Positions 36,952 through 50,596 are shown, counted from the first letter of the stretch. The stretch: 64,000 nt of DNA from Selaginella moellendorffii (GCF_000143415.4 NW_003314306.1:900897-964896), one strand, 5' to 3'. Translations and numbers: made by a program. Notes: generated from the sequence alone by a model not told the origin.

Positions 36952-37233
36952 AATTCTTCCAGCCCAGATTTTACCAAAGTTTTGTAGAGAGCCTTTGAAA
37001 ATCAAATTGACGTGTAGCATATTCTCCATCAAATCGACGTGTCAAAGGCGAGGGGCTGCCGTAGGATCACTGATCCGACGGCCGTGGGAGCTTTCGCGCG
37101 AAGGAAGTAGCTCTCCGCTCGCACCGCGCTAGGGCAATAATAATCTCGCGAGGCACATTTCAGGTATGGCGCTAGGGTTTTAGGCAATTCTCTTCTACAG
37201 AGGCGCTAGAGATTCTCGCCAGAGCCACGATTC

Positions 37234-38832
37234 ATGGCGTCTTTAGCTGAGAGGATAGCTTCCGCGTGCCTGGCAGGTGATTGATCTTTGAAAAATTCGA
37301 GTGCGAGAGATCTGATCGGCCGATTGATGCAGTTCTTACGATTGCGCCGCTCGTCGTCAACGTAAATCCCAACGCTAACGTGATTCTTACCGCCTGCCTG
37401 ACTGTTTTCATCGGTTGTCATCGATCCGTCAAGCCGGCTCCGCCCGTGGTAAGTGTTCTTGAGCTCCTTGCTTTTTCATATGTGAAAAAACGTTCTTTGT
37501 ACAGGAAACTCTTTCCAAGGGACATGCCATACGCTTCCCTTTCGTCGGCAGTGCCGTCCTATGCTCTTTGTTTCTTCTCTTCAAATTTATTCCCAAGGAG
37601 CTGATCAACGGGATACTCACGCTCTACTTCGTGGTTCTCGGAGTTCTTGCTCTAACGTAAGTAACTTGTGTGTCAAGGAAAATTAACTCATTGTTCTTGT
37701 AGTGCTACCATCTGGCCAGATGTCAAAGACTTCATTCCAAAGGCCTGGGACGAGAAAGAGATTTCTTTACATCTTCCGTATTTCACCAGTAAGATCATCT
37801 CATTTTATCACTTTGTGCGATTTTTCTTAGGATTCGCTGCAGATGTTGGTGTGGAGTTTACTCTTGCCCAGCTGTTTGTATCCATTCCGGGAATTTGCTT
37901 TTGTGCTTGGTATGCTCTACGAAAACACTGGCTGGCGAACAACACCCTCGGACTGGCATTCTCGATACAGGTGCTTTAGAGCTCTTCTTTTCTCAATTTA
38001 CACAATGAACATACTTTCAGGGAATCGAGATGCTGTCTCTGGGCTCATTCAAGATCGGGGCGATTCTTCTGGTACCGTGTTCACTTACAAAACAACACTT
38101 TGATGATTTGTTTTCTCTCTCTGTCTCGCCAGGCCGGGCTATTCGTATATGACATCTTCTGGGTATTCTTCACTCCTGTGATGGTCACCGTTGCGAAGTC
38201 CTTTGATGCTCCCATCAAGGTTTGCTCTCTCAGTGCAATGCATCCTTCTCTAATCCCTCCATGCAGCTAATCTTCCCGACTGGCTCTTCGAGCAAACCGT
38301 TCTCTATGCTGGGTCTCGGCGACATAGTAATCCCAGGTAAAGCCATCTTTTTCCTCTTCTTTGGTGACGGGGGATTTCAACTCAGGAATTTTTGTTGCAC
38401 TGGCTCTGCGATTCGATGTGTCTCGGGGCACTGGAAAGCGCTACTTCACCAGTGCGTTTATGGGCTATATAACTGGAATCGTGGCCACCATAATCGTCAT
38501 GAACGTGTTTCAAGCTGCTCAGGTAGAAGTTCAAGCACTACTGTTTAAAAGCTTGTCTGACTTTCTCCTTGGTGTTCTATCCAGCCCGCATTGCTGTACA
38601 TTGTACCGTGCGTGACGGGCTTCTTGGCCGTTCACTGCCTTGCGAAAGGGGAGATCAAACCGGTAAATCACACATCTAGTTACATCTAGTTCTTGTTTTG
38701 CCTCGAAATCTTACATGGTTTTTTTCCTTGTGATTCTAGCTCCTGGAATTCGATGAGGCTGCCACAAAACGAGCTCTCGAAGAAGCAACGAGCTCGGAAG
38801 AAACCACTGAATCCACCAAAAAGGATGACTAA
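37234..38832 (+). CDS. SPP: Signal peptide peptidase (GxGD aspartyl intramembrane protease), multi-exon
   Basis: KHWLANN, GLFVYDIFWVFFTPVM (YD), SMLGLGDIVIPG, QPALLY, C-terminal KKDD* ER-retrieval signal. Confidence 0.93.
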
Positions 38833-39267
38833 CAAAGGTAAATTTTTGTATCGCCAAGAACAACGTCTTGTTTTTCAAAACATTTAAAAAAAGTTTGGAA
38901 ATTTTGGCATCCGACGCTTTCCAGGATTGAAAGGTCGAGATTGAAAGGAATATACGAATATGCCGCCACGCGAAGGTAACGTCTCTTCAACATGGCGCGC
39001 GACCCGTGGTGCTTGGAAACGAGGGTTTCGTTCCAAGACTGGGGCCAGTAGTCCCGGCGATCGCCACTCGCCGGTCCGATCGCTCCATTCGTGATCTTTG
39101 CCCTAGATTTCGGCGCGGCCCAGAAATCGGCAGCGCAGTCTTGACAATGTGAGTTCTTGGCTGGATTCCGCAGCGGAATCCTCGCTAGTCCGTGTTCCAG
39201 GTGGGAGCTTCGCCGCCGGCTGTGGCGAATCAGCTAGGATCGGCTGGAGCTCCAGAAAACCAGCGCA

Positions 39268-42093
39268 ATGAAGGTCGACGCGGGGCAAATCCGGATTATC
39301 ATGCGGCCTTCTCGCCCCGAGATTGAAGGTAAAGCTCGCGATTCTTAGCCCCCTTTCGGTCTCGATCAATGGGAATTTTTCTTGCGGTCTTTGCAGCTGT
39401 GACTCCTTCCACTGTTAGTCGCAGCCCGACTAGCAGGAGCCCGAGGAGTCCCGCGAGCGTGGCAAAGAGTGGATCGGACTCCGAGCACAAGGCTAGCAAT
39501 ATCCATGTATACGTTCGCGTTCGTCCTCTCGCGAAGGACGAGATAGCTTCCGGGGTAAAGTCCGCGGTGGAAGTGTCCAGGGACGAGACAACCATCCAGG
39601 TTGGTGAGTACATTATATGGCACTGGAAAATTCACTAAGATTTCGTTAAAGGGAGAATGAGACGAGTGGGACTCCTCCACTGTGCTAAATTGCTACGCTA
39701 TGTCAGGTTGTGGATCGCCAGCAATCTTTCGGGTATACGGCCATGAAAACGTTCCAGGTGTGTGAAGAAGTTTTTCTTTTCTTTCTACCTTGTAAGATTC
39801 GCTAAGCTTGTGTGTGGGATTTTTGGCAGTTTGATGGCTGCTTTGGTCCCTCCATCACGCAAGAGAAGCTCATGGAGAAGTGTAATATGAGGAAGCTGCT
39901 GGACTCGGTGCTGGATGGTTACTCGTCGACTGTGATGGCTTATGGCCAAACTGGCTCGGGGAAGACTTACACAATGTGTGGTCGCCAAGAGGTAAGAGCT
40001 TTGAGCGATGGAGTTGAGCTAACACTCAATGTGAATGTAGGGTAGCGTGAAGGAGAAGATAACAGAGGGTGGTGTTATTGCTCGTTCAGTGAGATATATT
40101 TTCGAAGCTATCAGAAGACGAACCGTATTGGATGATCAGAAAACGTACTCCTTGCGGGCCTCCTACTTTGAGATCTACAATGAGCAAGTATGTTTCTCTC
40201 ATTTTGCTCGTTTCTCCCTTTTGTGACGAAATGAATTAAGAATGACAGGTCCATGATTTACTGCGGGAGGAGTGCTCTCCAAGGGAGGTCAGATGGAACC
40301 AGTCGGACGGTTTTCACGTTGAAGGCCTTCTTGTTGTGGATTGCGAGACTGTTGAAGACGTGTTTGCTGTTGTGAACGAAGGGGCCAAGAACCGCAAGGT
40401 AGCTGAAAGAAGAATCTAGATCGTTCTAATGTTCTGGATTTTACAGGTTGGCTCTCACAATCAAAACAAGGATAGCAGCAGGAGTCATTGTATTATGACC
40501 CTGTACGTGGATTCCATATCTTCCATGGGAGATGGGCCAATTCTACTGAGACATGGCCGACTACTATTTGTTGATTTGGCCGGAAGTGAAAGGTTGAAGA
40601 AAACAAAAAGCTCCGGCGACATGCTGAAAGAGACGGGAAGCATAAACCGGTCGCTTTTTACGCTTGGCAAGGTAATCTTGACGCGTTTATCGAGCCATTC
40701 GAGTTAATGCTCAATGTACAGGTTATCTCAGCTTTATCGGAGGGTAAGAAGGAGGAGATAGTACCATACAGGTCTGGATGTGTTTGTAATGTGAATTAGC
40801 TCGAGCTTACGCATTTTGGCAATGCAGGGAGAGCATGTTGACGAAGCTTATAATGGAGAGTTTGGGAGGCAGCAGCCTGGGACTTATGATTGCTTGTGTT
40901 TCTCCGGCAACAACCGTTGTCGATCAAACGTTGAGCACCCTGCATTACGCCACTTGCGCGAAGCAGATTGTCAACATTCCATCTGTGAAGATGGACGAGA
41001 AAGACAGGGTACGTATGACATCCTTTCCGACAGGGAAACTTACTGACGTGTTTATGTTTCGCAGGTCATAACACAACTCCAGAAAGAAGTGTCTCGCCTG
41101 AAAGACGAAAACCAGTCGCTGAGGTCGAAGCTGGGGATCATGGGAACTGGACAAATCTGCGACATAGCGACGTTGTCAAACTGCGCTTCGAAAATGTGCA
41201 TGCCATGCTCAAAGCCGGACGCGAGGCCGAACGACTACATCCCTTCCAAGGTACGTCCACTACTCTTTCCCTTTAGACTGCATCTATTGACCGGTAACCC
41301 AGGTGGATGTGGGCTTGGAGAAACCAATCCCATGGCCTCATGGTGTTTCATCATGAAACTAATGGGTGGGGAGATGCATTTCCTGCATCGGAGGAGGGGG
41401 ACTTTACATACTTTGGCTAGACGTTCCATCAGAGAGTCTTTCTTCCTGGTTCCTGGGTCTGTGGTGGTGCTGTGCATGTTGTGCATGCTTGCTTCTTTGT
41501 CTTTCTTATTCATGTTGTGGCATTTCTCTGGCAAGACAAAGTTTCAGCTGAGCTACAGCCTGGATTGTCGACGAGCTAAGGCTAGTGGAACAGGGCAGGA
41601 AAGACGTGAGAATGTAGTAAACAGGGCCAGGAGAAGAGCAGGCAGGAGGATAGGCGTAGTAGATAGGGGGTAACGCTGAACCTTGTGAAAGAACCGCGCT
41701 GCTTGCTCTTTTAGCTTTTGCTTTTTGCCAACTCGTTTTGAATGGAACCATGGGTGCTGCGTGCAGGAGATCACAGGCGGAGAAAAGCTGCCTGAGGGAC
41801 GCTTAAGTAGAAATGGCAGTCCGGATAAGCAGCCGGGCAGTGAGGATTGGTCCGTGGTAGAGTTTTTCACTCGGTACAGTAGGGAGAGTCTAAAGGGGAC
41901 AGGGAAGGCAAAATGGTTACAGCAGGCAGCAAACAGGAGGCAGCGGATATGTGTGGATCACTTGACTCCGTCGATCAAAAACAAGGTGCTGTCGCGGACG
42001 AGCAGCCGGTGTGGTCCGTCCGAGCCGGATTTCCAAGGAAGTATCATTGTCAACCACGACGCGTTCTATCGGATACTGGACTTGGATTTGTAG
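39268..42093 (+). CDS. Kinesin motor protein, KIF12/kinesin-16-like, multi-exon
   Basis: VYVRVRP, AYGQTGSGKTYTM (P-loop), SYFEIYNEQ, VRWNQSDGFHVEGL, NKDSSRSH, LFVDLAGSE, INRSLFTLG, VPYR..LTKL..SLGG, then a short coiled coil. Confidence 0.88.
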
Positions 42094-43131
42094 CGTGGGT
42101 GACGGGACGGGCAGCACACGGGGGTGGAAGTGTTTGATGGTTTGTCGGGTCATCCGAAAGCCAGGGCTGCGCAGGCGAAAAAACTCCAGCTCAAAAACGC
42201 AGGAAGAGCTGTAAGTTGGAAGTTTGTGACTGCCTGGTTTTGCTTTGCATCGTTTGCCTTCTTTCTCTTTTTGTTACTTCTTCTTCACAGCGATGTTTCT
42301 ACAGTGGCTAACGTCGTGTTTGATATTCTATCGATGCAGAGAGATTTGTGGTCGTGCTTCTGCTTTTGGTGGCCACGGCCTAGATGATATTTTTTTGGGG
42401 GGTCCATCCTCGTCGGTCGGGAATGTACATTCTAATCATCCTGTTTCGAAAGGAGACAGGAGCTTCAAATAGGACTCTACTCTCTCGTCCATCCATCCAG
42501 GTAGCGTGTTTTGCTCTAGCTTCGTAGAGTTCTTTCATTCTTTTCTACGGGAATGTCTCAGCTAGATTGGATTGATTAAACTGCCAGCAGTAGTAAAGCA
42601 GGCAGCGCGTGTCGATCGATCGACAAGTTTCACGCGGAAGACGATCGCGCGAAACTTACGAGACGAAAAGCCAACGCCAGCAAACTCCTTTTTAAAGAAG
42701 AAGAAGGCGCGACATCCAACGGCGGAGGTTTCCAACGGCTGGGATCTCTTTTCGCCTCCATCTTGTTGCCAAATCGCCATCGCGGAAGCGACGTTGTGGC
42801 GACCGTTTCCAAATCCCGGGGCATATTCTCCGGCACCAACGCGTACGACACAATCGCTCTGCGATGTAGGTAGACGTGTTGCTGTTTCTTCCCGGAAAGC
42901 ATAAAAACAGAGCATCCCTCTCTTTTTCTTCTCTCCCTCTTGGCGCTCTTTGTCTCGTCTAGCCCCCAATTCTCCGCTTCTCCCGCTCGATTCTCTCAAT
43001 CCAGGGCCGCAATTGCCCTCTCTCTGCCAGATTTGAAGTGGGCAGCGTCCAATTTCGCGTTTCCGCCGCGGATTGATCTGGGTTGGAGCTGGTGCTCTGT
43101 TTTTTGCCTTTGCTAGTGTTCTTGGGTGGCT

Positions 43132-43827
43132 ATGGCGGAGCTAAACAGGCCTCCCCAGCAGCAGAAGCTCAACGGCGCCTACTACGTCCCGAATGCCTAC
43201 CCGGTCGGCGACAATCGCAAGCGGCCATCGGGGCGCAGGAGCCGGATTGGATTTTGCTGCCGCTGCCTGTGCTCCACGCTCCTGGCGATCATCTTCGCGC
43301 TGGGCATCGCGGCGCTCGTCATCTGGCTCGTCCTCCGCCCCAAGGCGCCCAAGTACACGGTCCAGGACGTGAGGATCAACGCGCTCAATGTCACCGCCGG
43401 CTCTAGATCCGTGGACACGGACATCGTGCTGGGCATCCGGGCCGAGAATCCAAACAAGCGCATCACGATCAAGTATGGCGGCATCCACGCGCGGGTCTTC
43501 TTCCTGGGCACGCAGATTGGGGCGGGATCCATCGCTCCATTCACGCAGCCCAGGAGGAACGTGACGGTGGTGAGCGCGCCCATCCGTGGATCGGGCGTGG
43601 TAGTGTCCCAGCCCACCGCGTCCAGCCTGAGAGCGTCGGTCGATCGCAGCAGCATTCCACTGGTTGTGGACGTGAATGTGAGGGCCAAGATCAAGACCGG
43701 GAGCGCGAGCACGTTTTGGTTCCGCGTGAGAGTGAGGTGCGCGATCCGGGTGAGCTCGCCGGCGTCGCCGGGCGGGGCGAGGATGCTGAGCAAGAACTGC
43801 AAGAGGCGTGGTGGCAAATTCTGGTAG
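43132..43827 (+). CDS. NDR1/HIN1-like (LEA_2) membrane protein, intronless
   Basis: Cys-rich juxtamembrane CCRCLC, TM helix ending LVIWLVLRPKAPKY, ENPNKRITIKY, PFTQPRRN. Confidence 0.9.
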   Translation: MAELNRPPQQQKLNGAYYVPNAYPVGDNRKRPSGRRSRIGFCCRCLCSTLLAIIFALGIAALVIWLVLRPKAPKYTVQDVRINALNVTAGSRSVDTDIVLGIRAENPNKRITIKYGGIHARVFFLGTQIGAGSIAPFTQPRRNVTVVSAPIRGSGVVVSQPTASSLRASVDRSSIPLVVDVNVRAKIKTGSASTFWFRVRVRCAIRVSSPASPGGARMLSKNCKRRGGKFW

Positions 43828-44369
43828 AAGAAGAATGGAAATCGCCCTCCTCGCTCCCTCGCTCGCTCGCTGGGGGACGAATTTTCATATACATCCTTTC
43901 GTTTTTGGTCCCCTTTCTCTTCTCGCTCGCATTGTTTCTATAGATCGATCCAATTCCTCCCTCTCGATGGAAATTGGCCATGGATTTGAGCTTTGTTTGT
44001 GCTGCCAAGGATCTATTCCTTGCTTTCGAGTTTCATTTTTACAGTGGTGTGAATACTAAAGAGATCTATAAACATGCATTCTTCGTTCGTCCGCCACGGA
44101 AATTTGCTCGCCCTTGTGGCGCGATTCCTCTTTTTTTACTGTGCGATTTACACCATGGAAATTGCTTTTTCGCCTCGTTTCTTGGGATCGTGTGGCGTGG
44201 AGCTACCTGTCAATCTCAGACACAGAGGGTGTGATCCAGCAGTGACAAGATGCTGACGCTTGACTGGGCAGTTTGACCGGGTCAACCCATTCGGTCAACC
44301 CAGCAAAGGACTTTCGTCCATCTTTAACATTTTCGCTCTTCCTTGATGATCTAATCCAGGAATTCTCTA

Positions 44370-45434
44370 TCACGATTTTGGAGGCGAGAATCCATAGACA
44401 GTGAAGCCACCGTCAACGCTGATCACTTGCCCGGAAACGTAGGAAGACGCTGGCATTGCCAGGAACGCTACAACCGCGGAGACTTCGTGGGGTTCCCCGA
44501 CTCGTCCCGCGGGCGTTCGATCCACCACCGCAGCTTCGTAGCCGGGCCTGCCCAGAACCTACGAGTCGAATCAGTTTGAGAAGAACTTTCGAAGAACTAA
44601 CGAAAAACTTTAAGAACTTTCTACTAGAGCTTGGCACCTGTTGCGCAAGATCAGTTTTGATGTACCATGGGGCCACTGCATTGACACGGATCCCATCTTG
44701 AGCCCAGTCACACGCCAAGTTCTTGGTGATTTGATTCATGGCACCTGTTAGAAGGTAGAAGATGTATGGAAGTTATCCTTTTGCTCGTATCTACCTTTGG
44801 TGGCTGCGTAGAGTACGCCCGTGGAGATGGCCACCACTCCGGCCACCGAGGAGATGAAAACCAGGCTGGAGTTTCCAGCGGCTTTGAGCAATGGGTGAGC
44901 CAATTGCGATGTGTGAAAGGCGGAGTCGAAGTTTGTGGAGAAAACCGTGGAGACGTCCTCGCCAGTGTACTCCAGCGTAGGCTTTCTTACGTTGGTTCCA
45001 ACGTTGTTTACCTGGAGACAAGAGGAGATTGATCAGAACAGAAGGACCAAGGACGAAGCTCAAGAGATCTAGAAAAGATGGATAGTGCTTACAAGAATGT
45101 CGAGCTTTCCACCAAAGTGTTGGGACACAAGGCCCATGAGTGCTTCTCTCTCGCTGGGGTTGGAGAGATCACAAGTGGAGCCATGGACGTCGAGGTTGGA
45201 TTGGCGCCACTCCTGGAGCCGCTCGCTCAAGCTCTGCCCGGAGCGCGAGCATGTATACACGGAAGCTCCAAGGCCCGCAAGCTCCTCCACAACCGCTCGC
45301 CTGGGTGTCATCCAAATTTTTTTTGGGTGGATTTGAGACCATCTACATGAAAGAGCCTACCCGATTCCCCGTGTTCCTCCCGTGACGAGGGCGCTCTTGC
45401 CGCTCAAGCTCCATCGCTGGGAAAGGGATCCCAT
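44370..45434 (-). CDS. Tropinone-reductase-like short-chain dehydrogenase, copy 1
   Basis: [41 protein letters not shown]|[30 protein letters not shown]. Confidence 0.9.
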
Positions 45435-45444
45435 TCAGAAAAGG

Positions 45445-46675
45445 ATCGAACTGGAGACCTTCCGTAAAAGACAACAGCTAGATTTTATGAACTGACCAAT
45501 TGCAACATGAAACCATTAGCAATCCCACAGGTAAAATGAAAGAAAAGATTCCAGTTCTGAAGCCTTCTGTGCGCTCAATTTAGGGCAAAGAAAGAGGTAT
45601 GAACTAGAGACCTTCAATAACGTGATGACCAACTACACCATGAAAACATCAGCAAATGCCTCTTCCAGGCATTTGTTATTGACAAGTAAAATCAAAGGAA
45701 AGAAAATGCTTTAACATGTGGCTTCATCCGAGACCTTCAAGTGTATGAGACTGGTGTGATGACCAATTACACCATGAAACGATCACGAAATGCATTGCCT
45801 TTCCTGGGCATTGCTATTGTCCCTAACGCACAAGTAAAATAAAAGAAAAGAAAGGCCTTTTAAATTGGCTTCATGCTAGAGACCTTCAATGTGTAAGACT
45901 GACCAATTACACCATAAAACCATCACCAAATGTCTTTCTTGGGTATTCGCTTGGACAAGCAAAATGAAAGATATTACGTTGCTTCGTCCAGGTTACAGAC
46001 CTTCAATGTGTCGTGATGACCAACTTCACCAGATACCTGTTTTGGGCATTTGTAGTTAACCCACAAGTAAAATGAAAGTAAAGAAAGTGCTTCTGGCAAT
46101 TGGCTTCATCCAGGTTTGAACTGGAGGTCTTCCATGAAACATTGAACCATCAACAAATAACTTTTATGGGCATTTGTAGTTGTCATAACCCACAAGTAAA
46201 ATCAAGCTTCATCTGGAGACCTTCAGTGTGTCACTACACCATGAAACCATCAGCAAATGCCTTTCCTGTTGTCCTAAATCACAAGTAAAAATCAAAGGGA
46301 AAAAAAAAAGCTTTAACATGTGGCTTCATCCAGGTTTGAAGACCTTCAATGTTTTGATAACCCCATGAAACCATCAAAACATGCCTTGCCTTTCCTTGGC
46401 ATTTGCTATTGTGCCTAACTCACAAGTAAAAACAAAGCTTTAACTTATAGCTTCATACAGGTTTGAATTTGAGGCTGTCAATATCAAAGACAAGACAGTG
46501 ATAACTAACCACACTATACCATCAACAAATGCCTTCCTTGGGCATATGCCGTTGAACCCACAAGGGAAAAGAGTGCTTTCACATGTGGCTTCATCCAGGT
46601 TTGAACTGGAGACCTTCAGTGTGTTAGACTGACGTGATAACCAACTACACCATGAAACCATTAACAAAATCTTCA
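45445..46675. repeat. Degenerate tandem array of ~10 units of ~95-150 bp between the two reductase genes
   Basis: Recurring gagaccttca..tgaccaa(c/t)tacaccatgaaaccatc..caaatgcc..ggcatttg..cacaagtaaaa..tggcttcatccagg. Confidence 0.85.
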
Positions 46676-46691
46676 TTATGTGAAAGGGAAT

Positions 46692-47763
<1,072 letters not shown>

Positions 47764-47905
47764 TGCAAATCGAAATACCAAACTTCTCTCTCTGTTTTTG
47801 GCCACAGTGATTTGTGCTGCCTCGTGTCCGCATGGAAGAAGGACACCTGAAAGCTCAAGATCTTTCTATTATAGTAGCTAATTACATGTGTTTTAAGGCT
47901 ACATT

Positions 47906-48290
47906 TTACCACTCAGATTCCACAACTGGAACATACCAATACTTGTAGCCCAAGTCCCAACCAGTGTTAAACAAAGCAAAGTCTAAGACATACCACTCGA
48001 GGGGACCGTAATCATAGTTCTTTTTTTGGTCATAAGCATTGAACGAGCGTGACTTGCCATTCAAGGAGACGTCGCACCAAAAGAGCGTGTTTCCGAACAC
48101 TCGATCGCCGAATGGCCAGCCGAATGAAGCCTTGGGCTTGATCTTCTGTGCCCCCAAATCGTTTTGCGCGGATCGGCAGTGGAGAAATAGATCAAACTTA
48201 GAGCAATTAAAGATCGTGACGGTCTTTGCTCCTCCTGCTGCTATGAGAACTAGCAAGAGGGCAAGAACAAAAAGATTTCGGTGATAGCAT
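47906..48290 (-). pseudogene. S-protein homologue (SPH / self-incompatibility S1 family), copy 1; frameshift in the signal peptide
   Basis: TVTIFN..LFLHCRSAQNDLG..FGWPF..NTLFWC..FNAY; ATG at 48290 is out of frame with the mature domain. Confidence 0.75.
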
Positions 48291-48437
48291 TGGAAAGTTC
48301 AGGGAGGACACTCGTGATCATTTGATTTATACTAGTCCAAAATATCAAACCTTGGACCGCAAAACTATCTCATGTAGTTTAAAGTTCGTATCTTTTCTTT
48401 TGTCCATAGACACAAGAACCTTCAAGCTTTGATCGTC

Positions 48438-48960
48438 TCATCTCTGGACGGACAGCTTCTCCTGGAAGATAATATCGTCCTCAAGGATTGGATTGGAATC
48501 TGGATCAAGGTATGGAGGAAGCAGCACTGCCGTTTTCTGGGTAGCCAAGCTCGCACGGAAGGCCTCGGCGATCTTCTCCGGCCCGTAGTAGTGACCCTCG
48601 GCTACGTGAATCGAGGCATGCACCAAGAACCCATCCTCGATCACCAAGTTGTAGAAGTTGCATTGTGTTCCTCGGTAGATCTTCCGGAAGCGGGGCTTGT
48701 GTAGATCAAACTTGAGCTCGCCCAGGCTAAAGAGCGTTGTAAGCCCCTGGAAGAAAAGACTAAAGCCCACTCGATCTCGCTGAGTGAAACTTACGTTGAA
48801 GTGGAACTGGACAATGTCGTCTTTCCATTGCTCGAGCAGCGCGTCCAGTTGCTTCCACACCTCCTCTCGAGAGACGCCCCTCTTCTCGTACATGTCCTCC
48901 AAGCGCGAGGTCGATTCATCCTCTCCTTTTCCTTCGTGAGATCCAGAACGGTTGCCACCT
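48438..48960 (-). CDS. Uncharacterised protein (exon of ~155-170 aa), family not recognised
   Basis: 154 aa ORF with protein-like composition and a probable upstream splice acceptor near 48960; partial copy at ~50400-50480. Confidence 0.4.
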
Positions 48961-49199
48961 GTAAAACCAACCAGAACCCTAATGCCCTTTACGAACTAGC
49001 TAAGCTAACCATTTCAAGCTGCGGCAACTTTTCTCATGGCTTGCCTAACTCGACCTCTCAGACCAGGATGTTACAACCATCGCTGAAATGATTGATGCGG
49101 CAATCGTGGCTTGGTTCCCGACTGGCGACCCGGGGCTTCTTTTGAGGACAATGGTGTGACAGTGATCAAGCACAAGCGAGAGAAGAAAGTCCATCGGTA

Positions 49200-49310
49200 G
49201 CTCACCGAGATTTCAAGCCCCAGAATGAGACCGAACACCGCCCTCCATTTTACCACTTGCGGCATCCGCTCAGCGCGCTCATGAGCGTCATAAATCCCGT
49301 CGCGCCGATG
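49200..49310 (-). pseudogene. Fragment of the PPR gene 3' end
   Basis: gatttcaagccccagaatgag..ccacttgcggcatccgc..catgagcgtca matches 50657-50757. Confidence 0.75.
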
Positions 49311-49329
49311 AGAAACAGCAATTTTCCTT

Positions 49330-49835
49330 GACACGAGGTTGGAGCTGCGGACTCGGTTTGGACGACAGGCGTGAAATAGAAGAAGACGGCGGACATGTCC
49401 TGGGCGGTGGATTTCTTCCTCACATTGTGTCCTACGTTGCTTACCTGGAGAAACACTTGGGACAAAGCCTGGATCGCTTCCTCACATTGTTTCCTACGTT
49501 GTTTACATCTCAATCATAATCCATCAATCGAGACAAACTAACGCGAGAAGAAAGCGGATTTACTCGAGGCAAAAACTTCGTTGTCGAGCTTTCCGCCTAA
49601 GTAAGGGGACACAAGCGGCAAGAACTTCAAAACTTCTTTACAAGGATGTCGAGCTTTTCCGCCAAAATGTTGCCCATTCATGAGCGCTCTCTCGCTGGGC
49701 TTGGAGAGGCCACAGTGGATTGGCGCCACTTGTGGAGCCGCTCATATATTACACAGAAGCTCCAAGCCCCGCAAGCTCGATTCATGAGTTTTTATCGACG
49801 AGTAACCCATCAAAGAACTTAACCCGATTATACGA
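49330..49835 (-). pseudogene. Tropinone-reductase-like pseudogene, copy 3
   Basis: VSNVGHNVRKKST, HFGGK.., gaagctccaagccc match copies 1 and 2, with deletions and internal duplications. Confidence 0.75.
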
Positions 49836-49904
49836 GATTTCTCTTCCACAGCCAGCTCATTGTTCTTAATCTTTTATAATAGAACTATTACATGACATTA
49901 GTTT

Positions 49905-50294
49905 TTACCACTCAAACTCCACAACTGGAACATACCATTTCCTGGTTTCTTGGTGCCAACCAGTGCCAAACAAAGCAAAGTCCAAAAGATACCACTCGAT
50001 CTGCTCGTAATTGGAGCTCTTTTTTTGGTCGTAAGCATGGAACTGGAATGACTTACCATCCAAGGAGAAGTCACACCAAAAGAGCGTGTTTCCAACCCAT
50101 CGATCACCGAATGGCCAGCCGAATGAATCCTTGGGCTTGAGCGTCTGTGCCCCCAAATCGTTCTGCTTGGATCGGCAGTGGAGCGATAGATCCGACTCAG
50201 AGCGATTAAAGATCTTCACGGTCTTTGCTTCTGCTGCCGCTGTCATGAGAACTAGCAAGAGTGGAAGAACGTGACAAGATTTCGGTGATAGCAT
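49905..50294 (-). CDS. S-protein homologue (SPH / S1 family) secreted protein, copy 2, intact
   Basis: MLSPKSCHVLPLLLVLMTAAAEA signal peptide + TVKIFN..LSLHCRSKQNDLG..FGWPF..NTLFWCDF..FHAY. Confidence 0.85.
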   Translation of the reverse strand: MLSPKSCHVLPLLLVLMTAAAEAKTVKIFNRSESDLSLHCRSKQNDLGAQTLKPKDSFGWPFGDRWVGNTLFWCDFSLDGKSFQFHAYDQKKSSNYEQIEWYLLDFALFGTGWHQETRKWYVPVVEFEW

Positions 50295-50596
50295 TGGAAA
50301 GTTGAGGGAGGGCAATTGCGATCATCTGATTTATAGTTGTCGAACTTGGACCGCTAAACTATCTCATACGGCTTGAAGTTTTCGCGGCATTCATAGTTGA
50401 GACAAAAACCTTCAAGCCTTGACTGTCTTATCTCTGGATGGGCAGCTTATCCCGGAAGTATGGAGGTAGCAGCACTGCGAGATTCAACACAAAGTTGCCA
50501 CCTAGAGTTCTTTCACAAATGCCTGGTCGGGCATTTGCCTGAAACTCTATAATGGTTTACCAGATGTCTTTGAAAACGAGAAGCTGTAATGGATAT

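Noticed and set aside
45445-46675. CRISPR-like or canonical box C/D snoRNA array
   Set aside because: Whole units are homologous with no unique spacers, the context is eukaryotic with no cas genes, and there is no consistent terminal CTGA D box
48438-48902. Possible MATH/TRAF domain
   Set aside because: Only a vague beta-rich resemblance; diagnostic motifs are absent
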